Assembly (NCBI GenBank): GCA_965233585.1
Contig: CBDDTI010000295.1
Location: forward strand, 1 to 64,000
DNA from: a bacterium
GTDB lineage: Bacteria; SAR324; NAC60-12
Direction: 5' to 3'
Length of the DNA stretch: 64,000 nucleotides
The notes under the pieces are model-generated. The model searched no databases. It saw only the letters and a program-made list of their open reading frames with translations, and had not been told where the DNA came from. The first letter of the stretch is position 1; every line of letters begins with the position of its first letter. Positions 9,299-19,086 of this stretch are shown here, piece by piece. The position numbers and the translations under genes were made by a program.

Positions 9299-10441
9299 AT
9301 GGTCAAAGTAAAAAACCTACCGCGAGAGTCCCCAAATTTTAAATCGGTCTTTGAAAACTATGATTGGAACTTGGTTTTACAAGAAATCTATGAAAAAACT
9401 ACCAAAGATGTAGAAAACGCATTGAACAATCCTAGAAGAAATTTAGAAGATTTTAAATCTTTAATCTCGCCATCTGCAAAACCGTATTTAGAACAAATTG
9501 CAATCATAAGTCAGCAACTGACTCAAAAAAGATTTGGCAATACTATACAAATGTATGCCCCTATGTATTTGAGCAACGAATGTCAGAATATATGTACTTA
9601 TTGCGGATTTAGTTTGACCAATAAAATTCCTCGTCAAACTTTAACAGAAGAAGAGATTTTGAAAGAAGTCACTTATATTAAATCAAAAGGATATGACCAT
9701 ATTCTTTTAGTCACAGGTGAAGCTCACAGGACAGTTGGTGTAGATTATATCAAAAATGCAATGTGTTTAATACGCAAGTATTTTTCTAATATCACCATAG
9801 AAGTACAGCCTTTAAAACAAGAGGAATACGAAACTTTGATATTGCATGGATTGTATGCAGTGTTGGTGTATCAAGAAACTTATCATAAAAGCACCTATCA
9901 AAAGCATCATCCTAAAGGGAAGAAATCCAATTTTAATTATCGTTTAGAAACGCCAGACCGTTTGGGAAGAGCAGGCGTACATAAAATAGGACTAGGCGCC
10001 TTATTTGGCTTGGAAGATTGGAGAGTAGATAGTTTCTTTACAGCATTGCATCTAAAATACCTACAAAAAACTTATTGGAAAACAAAATACTCCATCTCTT
10101 TTCCTAGACTGCGTCCACACTCTAGGGGATTGACCCCAAAAGTAGCTATGATTGATGCTGATTTAGTACAGCTGATCTGTGCTTTTAGATTATTAGACGA
10201 AGATGTAGAATTGTCTATTTCTACAAGAGAAAGTGAATGGTTTAGAGACCATATTGTGAAATTAGGGATTACTTCTATGAGTGCAGAATCAAAAACCAAC
10301 CCCGGAGGTTACACTATAAATTCACAATCATTAGAACAGTTTGAAATTTCAGATGAACGAAGTACAGAAAGTATTGTAAGCATGTTAAAATCAAACGGAT
10401 TAGAGGCAGTGTGGAAAGATTGGTCAAATAATTGGGAATAA
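9299..10441 (+). CDS. thiH: 2-iminoacetate synthase (radical SAM)
   Basis: APMYLSNECQNICTYCGF (CxxxCxxC), YQETY, ISFPRLRP and SAESKTNPGGY motifs. Confidence 0.96.
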   Translation: MVKVKNLPRESPNFKSVFENYDWNLVLQEIYEKTTKDVENALNNPRRNLEDFKSLISPSAKPYLEQIAIISQQLTQKRFGNTIQMYAPMYLSNECQNICTYCGFSLTNKIPRQTLTEEEILKEVTYIKSKGYDHILLVTGEAHRTVGVDYIKNAMCLIRKYFSNITIEVQPLKQEEYETLILHGLYAVLVYQETYHKSTYQKHHPKGKKSNFNYRLETPDRLGRAGVHKIGLGALFGLEDWRVDSFFTALHLKYLQKTYWKTKYSISFPRLRPHSRGLTPKVAMIDADLVQLICAFRLLDEDVELSISTRESEWFRDHIVKLGITSMSAESKTNPGGYTINSQSLEQFEISDERSTESIVSMLKSNGLEAVWKDWSNNWE

Positions 10442-10549
10442 ACAAGGCGGGTCAAAAATGATCAGAATTAACTAAACACATGACAGAAAAATCTATAACA
10501 AACAAAGACCGATTTTAGCATCAATACATCGTGGGAAAGTCTGCCATAT

Positions 10550-10801
10550 GTGATTGATATATTAACTGCTGGTGTCTATACCATTGCGTCAGTCAAAAAG
10601 ATCAATGAAGTCATACAATACAAGTTAGGTTTCTTGTCGTTTGAGACTGTTGATTGGGAATTTACGATACATGAAGTCAAGTATAAAAAAGAACTTTTCA
10701 AACTACTAACTGAGTTGTACGAATCTGCAAACCTCTTGAGAGAACCCTTTAATCACAAGACTGTTGCTTTGAATGTTATTAACATTCTTAAAATGTTCTA
10801 A
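10550..10801 (+). CDS. Hypothetical protein or gene remnant
   Basis: 83-aa ORF with a GTG start in AT-rich DNA after thiH; no recognisable motif. Confidence 0.3.
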   Translation: MIDILTAGVYTIASVKKINEVIQYKLGFLSFETVDWEFTIHEVKYKKELFKLLTELYESANLLREPFNHKTVALNVINILKMF

Positions 10802-10883
10802 TCAATCAAATTTTGATATTTTCGTAGTTTGTCACAGTTCATTTAAGTCAAATTGATGACAGACAAAGCAAATGAAGTCTTGT

Positions 10884-12854
10884 TTACCTCATTCTAATTT
10901 TTTGGGTTTGGAAGAGATGCAGAGGTTGTTGGATTTGTCCTGATTTGTCAAAAACAAAAGGTTCATCTGCCAGTAGGTTTGGGTTCAGTAAGGCTTGCTG
11001 TAATTGACGATGGGTTTGGACTGTACCACTGGCTAAAATCTTTCGGAGTTTGCGAAGGGTGTAATAAGCGTATGCTGTGTATTTGGAAGGCATACGGTAA
11101 TAGTTAGGTTTGAAAAAATATTGATGATAAAGTGTCAAGAAAGGGTCATCTATGGTGGGCTTGAAGTAGTATTCAAAAAAATCTGTAAAGACTCCTTTCA
11201 GGTCTTTGTATTGAGTCCATTCGGTTCTCACTCTGTTGTCATTCCAGAGGCTGTCACCCAAAAGTATTGATTTTTCTAAATGGTATAACCTTAAATATGG
11301 CAAGATGACTTTAGCCAGTTGGGGATTGTTGCGATTGAGGGGAATGAAGAGTGCGTCAAAGTCGTTCCAAACCTGTGTGGCTTCATCTTTAAAGTCTCCT
11401 GTCAAATCTTTAGGAGGTTGGAAGGCAGGCATGACCCATCGGTTTTTTCCAGTCAATGTGTCAAATTGCGGGATAAATGTTTTTTCAAGACCAGTGAAGT
11501 GAGACACAGCCACAACCTTTGCCCCAAGATTTTCTACTTCCTTCCAAAATAATGTCGCTTTGCGTTGACCATCTTTGGTTGCAGGGTAGAGAATAGCAAA
11601 GCGTCTCCTGCCTTCGTTCAGCACAGCATACCTTGCCAAAGCGGTGATTTCTTTTTTCCAGTGGTGATGACTTCTAAAAATAAAATTTCCAATATTGGCA
11701 ATTTCTAAGGTTTGGGAAAAAGAGATAAGAGGGACTTTTAAACTTTGGGCTTCTTCTGCGGCGGCAATGGAGGTTTTCAAAGTCATTGGTCCCAAAATGG
11801 CACTGACTTTTTCTTCTTCTATCAAGGTTTGCACAGCACGTCTTGTCTCAATGGCAGAGAGTTTGGAGTCACGAAAGACAAGCTGAAGTTTGCCAAGCCC
11901 TTCGTCTGCAATGGAAGGGTCAAGCAAGGCGAGCTTCAAACCATCTATGACTTGCGATGTAATCTGATTGACTTGAATGTTTGGCGAGTTCATGGGCAAC
12001 ACCACGCCAATTCTGCGCAAGTGCAAAGACCTTTTAACTCTAAGTTGCTTTTTTAAAAGATTCAGCTTGCTTTCCAACTCTATATCCCCGTAACTTTGTG
12101 CCACTTGCAACAAGATTTTAATCTCTTCCCATGCTTCATCTGGAGCGACGCTAGCTAACATTTGCAAACGCAAAATGTCTTTGCTTCTTTGCACAAAAGT
12201 ATGATTGGAATAGGTGTCAATGAGTGTCTTAAAAAGGTCTTTGGACTCCAGTGCTTCAAGTTCTGTCAGCAGTTGTTGCTCCAATTTGGAATCATACTTT
12301 TCTTGAATCTGCCAAACGCCATATTCAATCGCAGTATTGATTTTATTTTGTTGTAACGCCAGCTGTCTTAAATCTTTGAAGATTTGGAAACGGAGGTTTG
12401 AATTGAGGCGAAAAAGCCATGTCAATTCTTGTTCGTGGGGGATTTCTGGTAGTTCTTCAAGATAGATTTTGGCTTGTATCCAATAATAATAAGCCATTGG
12501 GGAAACTTCTGTTTCAGGGAATTGTGAAAGAAGTTTGTGTGCCAACGATTTGGAGTGGTCAAATTTTTTGAGGGCATTTGATGAGATGACAGCCAAAAAA
12601 AGCGTCTCATCGGTTTTGAGTTCTATCTTTGGGGAATCTAAAACCGTTGCCAGTTTTTCAGGATTCTGTTTTAAAAAATCAATGAGTTCGGGGAAGGTTT
12701 TGGGGAGTTCTTTTGATGCGGAATACAGAGAAGTTTCTGGAATGGGTTCAAAATCTTGGTCTTCAAAAACTTCCTTTAAAATTTGGTTAGGTGTTTGAGC
12801 CACGGCTTGCCATGACAAAAAGAGGCAGACCATGACCATTCCAAAGCGAATCAT
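10884..12854 (-). CDS. LpoA/LppC-like penicillin-binding-protein activator (helical N-terminus + type 1 periplasmic binding fold)
   Basis: Signal peptide; IGVVLP, LVFRDS, AILGP, FAILYP and FDALFIP motifs. Confidence 0.75.
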   Translation of the reverse strand: MIRFGMVMVCLFLSWQAVAQTPNQILKEVFEDQDFEPIPETSLYSASKELPKTFPELIDFLKQNPEKLATVLDSPKIELKTDETLFLAVISSNALKKFDHSKSLAHKLLSQFPETEVSPMAYYYWIQAKIYLEELPEIPHEQELTWLFRLNSNLRFQIFKDLRQLALQQNKINTAIEYGVWQIQEKYDSKLEQQLLTELEALESKDLFKTLIDTYSNHTFVQRSKDILRLQMLASVAPDEAWEEIKILLQVAQSYGDIELESKLNLLKKQLRVKRSLHLRRIGVVLPMNSPNIQVNQITSQVIDGLKLALLDPSIADEGLGKLQLVFRDSKLSAIETRRAVQTLIEEEKVSAILGPMTLKTSIAAAEEAQSLKVPLISFSQTLEIANIGNFIFRSHHHWKKEITALARYAVLNEGRRRFAILYPATKDGQRKATLFWKEVENLGAKVVAVSHFTGLEKTFIPQFDTLTGKNRWVMPAFQPPKDLTGDFKDEATQVWNDFDALFIPLNRNNPQLAKVILPYLRLYHLEKSILLGDSLWNDNRVRTEWTQYKDLKGVFTDFFEYYFKPTIDDPFLTLYHQYFFKPNYYRMPSKYTAYAYYTLRKLRKILASGTVQTHRQLQQALLNPNLLADEPFVFDKSGQIQQPLHLFQTQKIRMR

Positions 12855-12876
12855 TTAGATTTGATAAGGATTGATG

Positions 12877-14148
12877 TTATTCAACCACTTCGCGTAACAC
12901 AAAAGTCGGAAGTTTCATAAAAGGTTCGTGGTTGATTTGTGCCACTGCTTTTTGTACCTGGGATTCTAAGCAGACCTCTAAAACGATGACAAAAGCCGTT
13001 TCTTGCCCTGTGTTGCCAAAATACTGATATTGAGGAAGTTGCAAAACAGAATGGATTCCAATGTCAAATTGTGCCAAAAGTTTGGTAATCCTTGCAATGA
13101 CCCCTTTTTGTTCCTGAATCCAAAAACGCAAAGTATGTTGGAATTGAATGTCTGACAGTTGAAGAACAGGCAGAGGTTTTGGATTTGAGAAAGCATGGTA
13201 AGGTGTTGCTGAAGAAAGCTCCCATAAATCTGCCAAAATGGCAGAGGCTGTGGATTCACTACCTGCACCTTGACCTTGCAAATAGAGTTCTTTGACGTGC
13301 GTTCCAAAAAGTTGCAATCCATTTTCTACACCCTGCAAATTGGCAATGGGTTTCTGCCAAGACACTAAAGCAGGGAACACTCCAACACCCCATTTTTGAA
13401 CACCTTCATCAAACTGTAAATAAGCCAGATGTTTCACTTTTTTGTGTAAAAGCCTTGCATAACTAAAATCGCAAGGGGCAACACGTTCAATGCCTTCTAA
13501 AGGGATTTGGTGGACATCTAAATATTGATTGGTGATGAAATGGGCTAGAATGGACAACTTGTATCGTGCATCAAAACCTTTGACGTCATTGTCAGGCGTG
13601 GCTTCCGCAAATCCTGCTTCTTGTGCCATCAACAAGACTTCATCAAAACTTCTCTTTGACTCCTCCATCGCTGTTAAAATGTAGTTGTTTGTACCATTGA
13701 CGACGGCAAGGCATTGCTGAATTTCTTTAGACCGAAAGTAATCTCCTAAAAGTTTCAAGATAGGAATCCCCCCGCAAACGGCGGCGCCAAAGAGTAAGTG
13801 GACACCATTGCTTTTGGCAAGTTGGGCAAGTAAGAGACCATGCGTTGCAATTAAATCTTTGTTTGCACTAATGACGTGTTTTTTGTGGCAAAGTGCTTTT
13901 TCAATCACGTCTTTGGCAAATTCTACTCCTCCCACTGTTTCAATGACGACATTGACTTGTGATGAATTTAAAACGTCATCCAGGCAAGACACAAAGCAGT
14001 CAGGAATTTGTTGGTAAAGGGCAGAAGACTCTGGAGTGCGTGTGAGAATTTGAACAAGCTGAAATTCTGGGTTCTGCTCTTTGAGTAAAATCTTTGCAAT
14101 GCCAGAACCCACCGTTCCAAGACCAATAATTGCAATTTTGAACTTCAT
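12877..14148 (-). CDS. hom: Homoserine dehydrogenase with ACT domain
   Basis: GLGTVGSG, SANK, AAVCGGIP, NGTNNYIL, GFAEA and GAG...TASA motifs. Confidence 0.95.
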   Translation of the reverse strand: MKFKIAIIGLGTVGSGIAKILLKEQNPEFQLVQILTRTPESSALYQQIPDCFVSCLDDVLNSSQVNVVIETVGGVEFAKDVIEKALCHKKHVISANKDLIATHGLLLAQLAKSNGVHLLFGAAVCGGIPILKLLGDYFRSKEIQQCLAVVNGTNNYILTAMEESKRSFDEVLLMAQEAGFAEATPDNDVKGFDARYKLSILAHFITNQYLDVHQIPLEGIERVAPCDFSYARLLHKKVKHLAYLQFDEGVQKWGVGVFPALVSWQKPIANLQGVENGLQLFGTHVKELYLQGQGAGSESTASAILADLWELSSATPYHAFSNPKPLPVLQLSDIQFQHTLRFWIQEQKGVIARITKLLAQFDIGIHSVLQLPQYQYFGNTGQETAFVIVLEVCLESQVQKAVAQINHEPFMKLPTFVLREVVE

Positions 14149-14171
14149 AAAAAATAATATTTATTAAAATT

Positions 14172-15257
14172 TCAGATGCCAATGATGGTGAAAAGAATGG
14201 AAAAGATGGCATCTGCAATGATGACAAAGAAAATAGAACTGACCACCGATGCTGTTGTTTGTTGCCCAACACTTCCTGCACCACTGGTGACTTTCATGCC
14301 ACGATAACACCCCATGAGGCTAATCACAGCGGCAAAGACGAAGCACTTACCCAAGCCAATCAAGGCATGCCTGAGTGGCACCTCTTGTTGCAACCTTGTA
14401 AAAAAGACATAGTAGGGAATGTCTAAACTCCAGTAAGCAATCATTGCCCCGCCAATCACACCCAACAAATCTGCCCAAAATGCAAGCAATGGTAAGGCAA
14501 TCATCAATGCCCAAAACTTTGGAGCAACGAGGTATTCAATCAGATTTAAGCCGATGACCTTCATTGCATCAATTTCTTCAGAAGTTTGCATCGTCCCTAT
14601 CTCTGCAGTAAATGATGCACCAGAACGTCCTGCGACCAAAATAGAGGTCATCAAAGGTGCAAGTTCTCTGAGCATGGTGATAGAAACCAGTTCTACTACA
14701 AAGATATTTGCCCCAAATTGCTTGAGTTGAGCGGCTGATTGAAAGGCGATAATCATACCCATTAAAAATGAAATGAGTCCAATGATAGGCAAGGCTTGCA
14801 GTCCTGCCGTCTCAAGATAGTAACAAGTGTCTTTCCAACGGATTTGATGAGGTTTGAGAAATTCTTTGAAAAGCTCGGTGCTAGCCCGACCAAAAAACTC
14901 AAAAAAATCTAAGACAGACAAGCAATTTTGAACAACCGCTTTTCCTAATTTTGTGAAAAATGACTTGTTTTTGAGTGGAAGAGTGGGAGGCGATGGAGTG
15001 ACCTCTGAAAACTGTAACAGAGGCTCAATCGTAGAAGAAATATTGACAAACTTAAGAGCCTTCTTTTGTTGCAAACTTTGCTGACTGCAACAAATGAGCA
15101 GACCAACACCAGAGACTTCTAAGTGTTCTACTTTGGCAAAGTCTAATGTCAGCTCTTGACCTTCATCTAGCAAGGCTAACTTTTCTTCAATTTGGGGAAG
15201 TAATTCGCCAATATTCTGAAGTTCAAGTCTTGGAGGAAGGGACAGAATCATGGGCAA
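14172..15257 (-). CDS. mlaE: MlaE-family ABC permease with N-terminal STAS domain
   Basis: LRELAPLMTSILVAGRSGASFTAEIGTM..SEEIDA and VGQQTTASVV motifs. Confidence 0.92.
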   Translation of the reverse strand: MPMILSLPPRLELQNIGELLPQIEEKLALLDEGQELTLDFAKVEHLEVSGVGLLICCSQQSLQQKKALKFVNISSTIEPLLQFSEVTPSPPTLPLKNKSFFTKLGKAVVQNCLSVLDFFEFFGRASTELFKEFLKPHQIRWKDTCYYLETAGLQALPIIGLISFLMGMIIAFQSAAQLKQFGANIFVVELVSITMLRELAPLMTSILVAGRSGASFTAEIGTMQTSEEIDAMKVIGLNLIEYLVAPKFWALMIALPLLAFWADLLGVIGGAMIAYWSLDIPYYVFFTRLQQEVPLRHALIGLGKCFVFAAVISLMGCYRGMKVTSGAGSVGQQTTASVVSSIFFVIIADAIFSILFTIIGI

Positions 15258-15495
15258 TATAAATTTTAAATCCGTCTTCTTGAATCCCTTTCAGTCTTGG
15301 GTTTTGCTGTTGCTTGGCTTTGAGGCAGTCTGGACATGAACAATTTTCAAAGTGCGTTTTTTGGAATTTTTTGATTTTCAGGAGGGATAAATCTTTGCCT
15401 TCTTGTTGCATCTCTTTGAGCCGTTTTTCAACTTGTTGGAGTATTGTCTGCAGAACGGCTTCCTGCATAGAAGGTGTGGAAAATTTTGAAAACAT
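15223..15495 (-). CDS. Hypothetical protein
   Basis: 90-aa ORF packed between co-oriented genes; contains HFENCSCPDC. Confidence 0.55.
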   Translation of the reverse strand: MFSKFSTPSMQEAVLQTILQQVEKRLKEMQQEGKDLSLLKIKKFQKTHFENCSCPDCLKAKQQQNPRLKGIQEDGFKIYIAHDSVPSSKT

Positions 15496-15498
15496 GGG

Positions 15499-16542
15499 TT
15501 AGATTTTTTCGTAATCCAACGATGCTAACTTTTCTTGAAACTCCTCCTCACTGATGCTTCCTTCTGCAAATTGATGAGAAATCTCGTTGATTTTGACGCT
15601 GATTTCAGACATCTCTTCTTTGATTTGGTCTTCGCTATTTGAATAATATGCTTTGCCTTGTTCAAAAAGTTTTGAAACACTTTTTTTCAAAAGTTCACTA
15701 TCCAACGTCTGACCTGATTTGATCCACTCTATAGCAACATTCCCCACTGTCCATGTAGATGCGTAAAATAAAGCAGAGCTGAGTTGAGAATGACAAGCAG
15801 GTAAAAGTTTTGACAAGCCTGCGACCAGCAGTTTTGAGCCTAAAACATTGTAAGTCAATGCTAGAAAGTCTTTGATTTGAGTGAGAGAAATGTCCTTCCT
15901 CTGTATTTTAGAGATTAAAGACACAAGGCGATACTGAAGGGGCAACAAAAGAATGATGTCAGAGACAAAAGGACTAGGGACAGCCCCTGCAGCTGCTGAG
16001 ATTGCAGCATAACGTTTGATGACTGACTCAAAGTCACTACCCCCACTTTCACCAGACACACCTGATTCATTGAATGTAGAGGCTAACTCTGAAAAGGATT
16101 CTAGGGAGGTATAATGTTTGCGGATTTGTTCTTGTTCTTGGTTACTCAACCCAAAAATATCTGCAATGGTTTCAATAATCTGTTGTTCTTCGTGAGTAAG
16201 AATGCCATCTGCATATCCAATCCCCCAAAGGATTTCAAAGATAGAATGTTGAAGTTGCCTATTATGAATCTGCTTTGCCAGTGCAGGAAGTTGAGCTTTG
16301 TCAACTTCTATGTCTGACAGTTCCAGTTGAAGCCCCAAACGTTCAATCACCTCCCGAAGATATGAGGCTTCATCTTCAGAAACGTCACCATCAACTGCAG
16401 AGATGATATACCCGATTTTCAGTGCTGAAATAACCTCTTCTTCTGCCACTTGTAGAGAACGGGACTGCTCTTGACCGCAGTAAAAACAAAAGTTTGTCAC
16501 TTTCATCAATTCTCGGCCACAACTTGGATTCTTGCAATTCAT
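15499..16542 (-). CDS. Zinc-ribbon + TerB-like + DUF697/YcjF-like domain protein
   Basis: CKNPSC...CFYCG; VDGDVSEDE and ADGILTHEE (TerB); AAAGAVPSPFVSD (DUF697-like). Confidence 0.7.
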   Translation of the reverse strand: MNCKNPSCGRELMKVTNFCFYCGQEQSRSLQVAEEEVISALKIGYIISAVDGDVSEDEASYLREVIERLGLQLELSDIEVDKAQLPALAKQIHNRQLQHSIFEILWGIGYADGILTHEEQQIIETIADIFGLSNQEQEQIRKHYTSLESFSELASTFNESGVSGESGGSDFESVIKRYAAISAAAGAVPSPFVSDIILLLPLQYRLVSLISKIQRKDISLTQIKDFLALTYNVLGSKLLVAGLSKLLPACHSQLSSALFYASTWTVGNVAIEWIKSGQTLDSELLKKSVSKLFEQGKAYYSNSEDQIKEEMSEISVKINEISHQFAEGSISEEEFQEKLASLDYEKI

Positions 16543-16712
16543 CTGAACTTCACTCCTGAGTACAAAATCAAATCCAGAGAGTGTAACATAATTTTTCCTC
16601 AAATAAAAACTTTAAAAAACGTGGTACAATCACCTTTGACTTCATTTAGAAGATGATGAATGTGATTGCCAATCATGTTCACCTTCTTCGTGCCTTGAAA
16701 GAATGGTTTAAC

Positions 16713-17369
16713 ATGTTTGAACTGCAACAAGTTTCTAAATTCTACCCTCAACATCGTGTGCCAATTTTCTATCAAACAACATGCTGTTTTTCAAGACATT
16801 CATTTAATTACGTTGGGGGGTCTTCGCAATGCGGAAAAACGACGTTGATGAAGTTACTTTTAGGTCAAGAAAAGTCTAATTCTGGTGAAGTTCTTTTTGA
16901 AGGGCAAGGCATCAATCATTCTAAAAAGCAGATTGCAGATTTGAGAAGACAAACCAGCTGGATTGCACAAGAGCCTCTTTTTTTGTCAGACCAAGATGTC
17001 TGGTCTAATCTTGTGTTTCCTTTGAAGTTGAGGAAGCTCAAAGAACCAGATTTTTCCAAAGCTATCACCTCGCTTGCTGAAAAATTAGGACTGACTGCTA
17101 TTTTCAAACAACCATTAAAACAGACCACTCCCACAGAAAGACAACTGCTTTCTATTGCAAGAGCATTTGCAACAAACCCTAAAGTCATTCTTGCTGACGA
17201 ACCCACACAACATCTTTCAACCGAACAAGGCAGGCAAGTTTTGAAGTTTCTGTATGATGCACACAAACAAGGCGTGACAATCATCATCGTTTCACAACAA
17301 ATTTATTCCTTTTGGAAGCTCAAGCCTAACTTTTTCATCAAACAAGGCAAGATCATTGCCAATGTCTAA
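16713..17369 (+). CDS. FtsE-like ABC ATP-binding protein (divergent)
   Basis: Walker A GSSQCGKTT, LRR motif and ILADEPT; signature motif degenerate. Confidence 0.75.
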   Translation: MFELQQVSKFYPQHRVPIFYQTTCCFSRHSFNYVGGSSQCGKTTLMKLLLGQEKSNSGEVLFEGQGINHSKKQIADLRRQTSWIAQEPLFLSDQDVWSNLVFPLKLRKLKEPDFSKAITSLAEKLGLTAIFKQPLKQTTPTERQLLSIARAFATNPKVILADEPTQHLSTEQGRQVLKFLYDAHKQGVTIIIVSQQIYSFWKLKPNFFIKQGKIIANV

Positions 17370-17396
17370 CAATGTCTCACACTGATTTTCAAGGAG

Positions 17397-18119
17397 ATGC
17401 CTATGTCCAATGAATACACAGACGGAGAATATCTGGCAAAAAATCCCAAATGGCACGTTGCAGATTCCGCATGGAAGGCATCAAAGATTTTTCAAGTTTT
17501 AAAACAAAATCAAGTTGTTCCCAAAACTCTGATTGAGGTCGGTTGTGGGGCAGGTGAAATCTTGAATTGCCTCAGCCAGTCTTTTCCAGAGACTCAATTA
17601 GATGGATATGATATTTCACCCCAAGCACACCAGCTGGCAATCAAACGTCAAAAAAAACATCTTTCATTCTATTTAGGAGATAGCTTTGCTGATGGCAAAA
17701 AATACGATGTTGCCCTTGCCATAGATGTTTTTGAGCATGTAGAAGACCATTTTGCTTTTTTAAGAAATTTAAGACAGAAGGCAAGTCATCATGTACTTCA
17801 TATCCCGCTTGATTTATCTGCACAAGCAGTTTTGAGGGGAACACCTTTGACCTACACCCGTCAAAGTGTTGGACACTTGCATTACTTCACAAAAGACACC
17901 GCTTTTGCAACATTACACGAAACAGGTTTTGAAGTCCAAGATTGGTTTTATACTGCGGGTTCTCTTGAATTACCAGCAAAGTCTGTCAAAACTTGGATTG
18001 CCAGAAGCCCCAGAATGTTAGGATTTAAGTTTTTACCTGATTTGACCGTGAGAACGTTAGGAGGGTTTTCTTTGATGGTCTTGGCAAAGCCTAGGCAGGA
18101 TTTACAAAGTGAGATATGA
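17397..18119 (+). CDS. Class I SAM-dependent methyltransferase
   Basis: EVGCGAG, GYDIS and DVFEHV motifs. Confidence 0.9.
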   Translation: MPMSNEYTDGEYLAKNPKWHVADSAWKASKIFQVLKQNQVVPKTLIEVGCGAGEILNCLSQSFPETQLDGYDISPQAHQLAIKRQKKHLSFYLGDSFADGKKYDVALAIDVFEHVEDHFAFLRNLRQKASHHVLHIPLDLSAQAVLRGTPLTYTRQSVGHLHYFTKDTAFATLHETGFEVQDWFYTAGSLELPAKSVKTWIARSPRMLGFKFLPDLTVRTLGGFSLMVLAKPRQDLQSEI

Positions 18120-18934
18120 AGCAAAAATGGCAGCTGATTATTGATGGTGGCTATTCTCCTTCCTTCAACATGGCAGCTGATTCTTACTTAATGAAGCAAG
18201 TGACTCCTCATTCTTTGCCTGTGTTAAGGCTTTACCAATGGAATCAACCCACCCTTTCTATTGGCAATAATCAAAAATTGGAGACTCTGGGATTGCAAGA
18301 AGGTTCGCCAATACGTCCTGTCATCATCAGAAGAATGACAGGAGGACAGGCTGTTTTGCATGGCAGCGATTTGACATATTCCATGACTGCTCAATCTACT
18401 CTTTTTGGAGGAGTTTTAGAAACTTACAGGTCACTCGCCTCTGCATTTGTTCAATTTTTCACAAATTTGGGACTGACTCCTAACATTGTTCAGCCATCAC
18501 GGCGCAAAAGAATACAGTCTGCTGGTGCTGCTTGCTTTACAGCAGTGTCTTCTTATGAACTGACAATCGGTGGGAAAAAAATCATTGGCAGCGCTCAAAG
18601 GCAGACGTCCAAAGCATTTTTGCAACATGGCTCAATTCCCCTACATTCACAAAATCTTGATGACCTTTTTATTGCAAAAGCAGGAATGACCTACCAAGAC
18701 CAGATGACCTCTCTTGAAGAACAAAATTGTTTGCTCAATCAAAATATAGACTCCTTACAGCAAAACATGATTGATGTGTTTCAAAAGACCTTCAACATAG
18801 ATTTTGAACAAAAACTTTGGACTCCTCAAGACTTGCAATCTATTGAACAAGAGCAAGAAGAGTTTCCAGAGCTACCTTTTGAAAAATATTTGGAACTTGT
18901 GCAAAATAGAATCCTTATTGTTGGTGGTGATTAA
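18116..18934 (+). CDS. Lipoate-protein ligase A/LipM family protein
   Basis: NMAAD, LRLYQW, RRMTGGQAVLH, KIIGSAQ and LQHGS motifs. Confidence 0.92.
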   Translation: MKQKWQLIIDGGYSPSFNMAADSYLMKQVTPHSLPVLRLYQWNQPTLSIGNNQKLETLGLQEGSPIRPVIIRRMTGGQAVLHGSDLTYSMTAQSTLFGGVLETYRSLASAFVQFFTNLGLTPNIVQPSRRKRIQSAGAACFTAVSSYELTIGGKKIIGSAQRQTSKAFLQHGSIPLHSQNLDDLFIAKAGMTYQDQMTSLEEQNCLLNQNIDSLQQNMIDVFQKTFNIDFEQKLWTPQDLQSIEQEQEEFPELPFEKYLELVQNRILIVGGD

Positions 18935-19086
18935 TCGCCCCAAGTGTAGCTATTTTAAAATAACCCAGCTATAGTGAATCCTTGCACTTTTCATGTAGGA
19001 TTAGTAGATTAGTTCATTTCCAATCAAGCAAGATGTAGAGAAAGTACTAATCTTAGGTAGTTTAATGACTAAATTATGGTTTAAAT

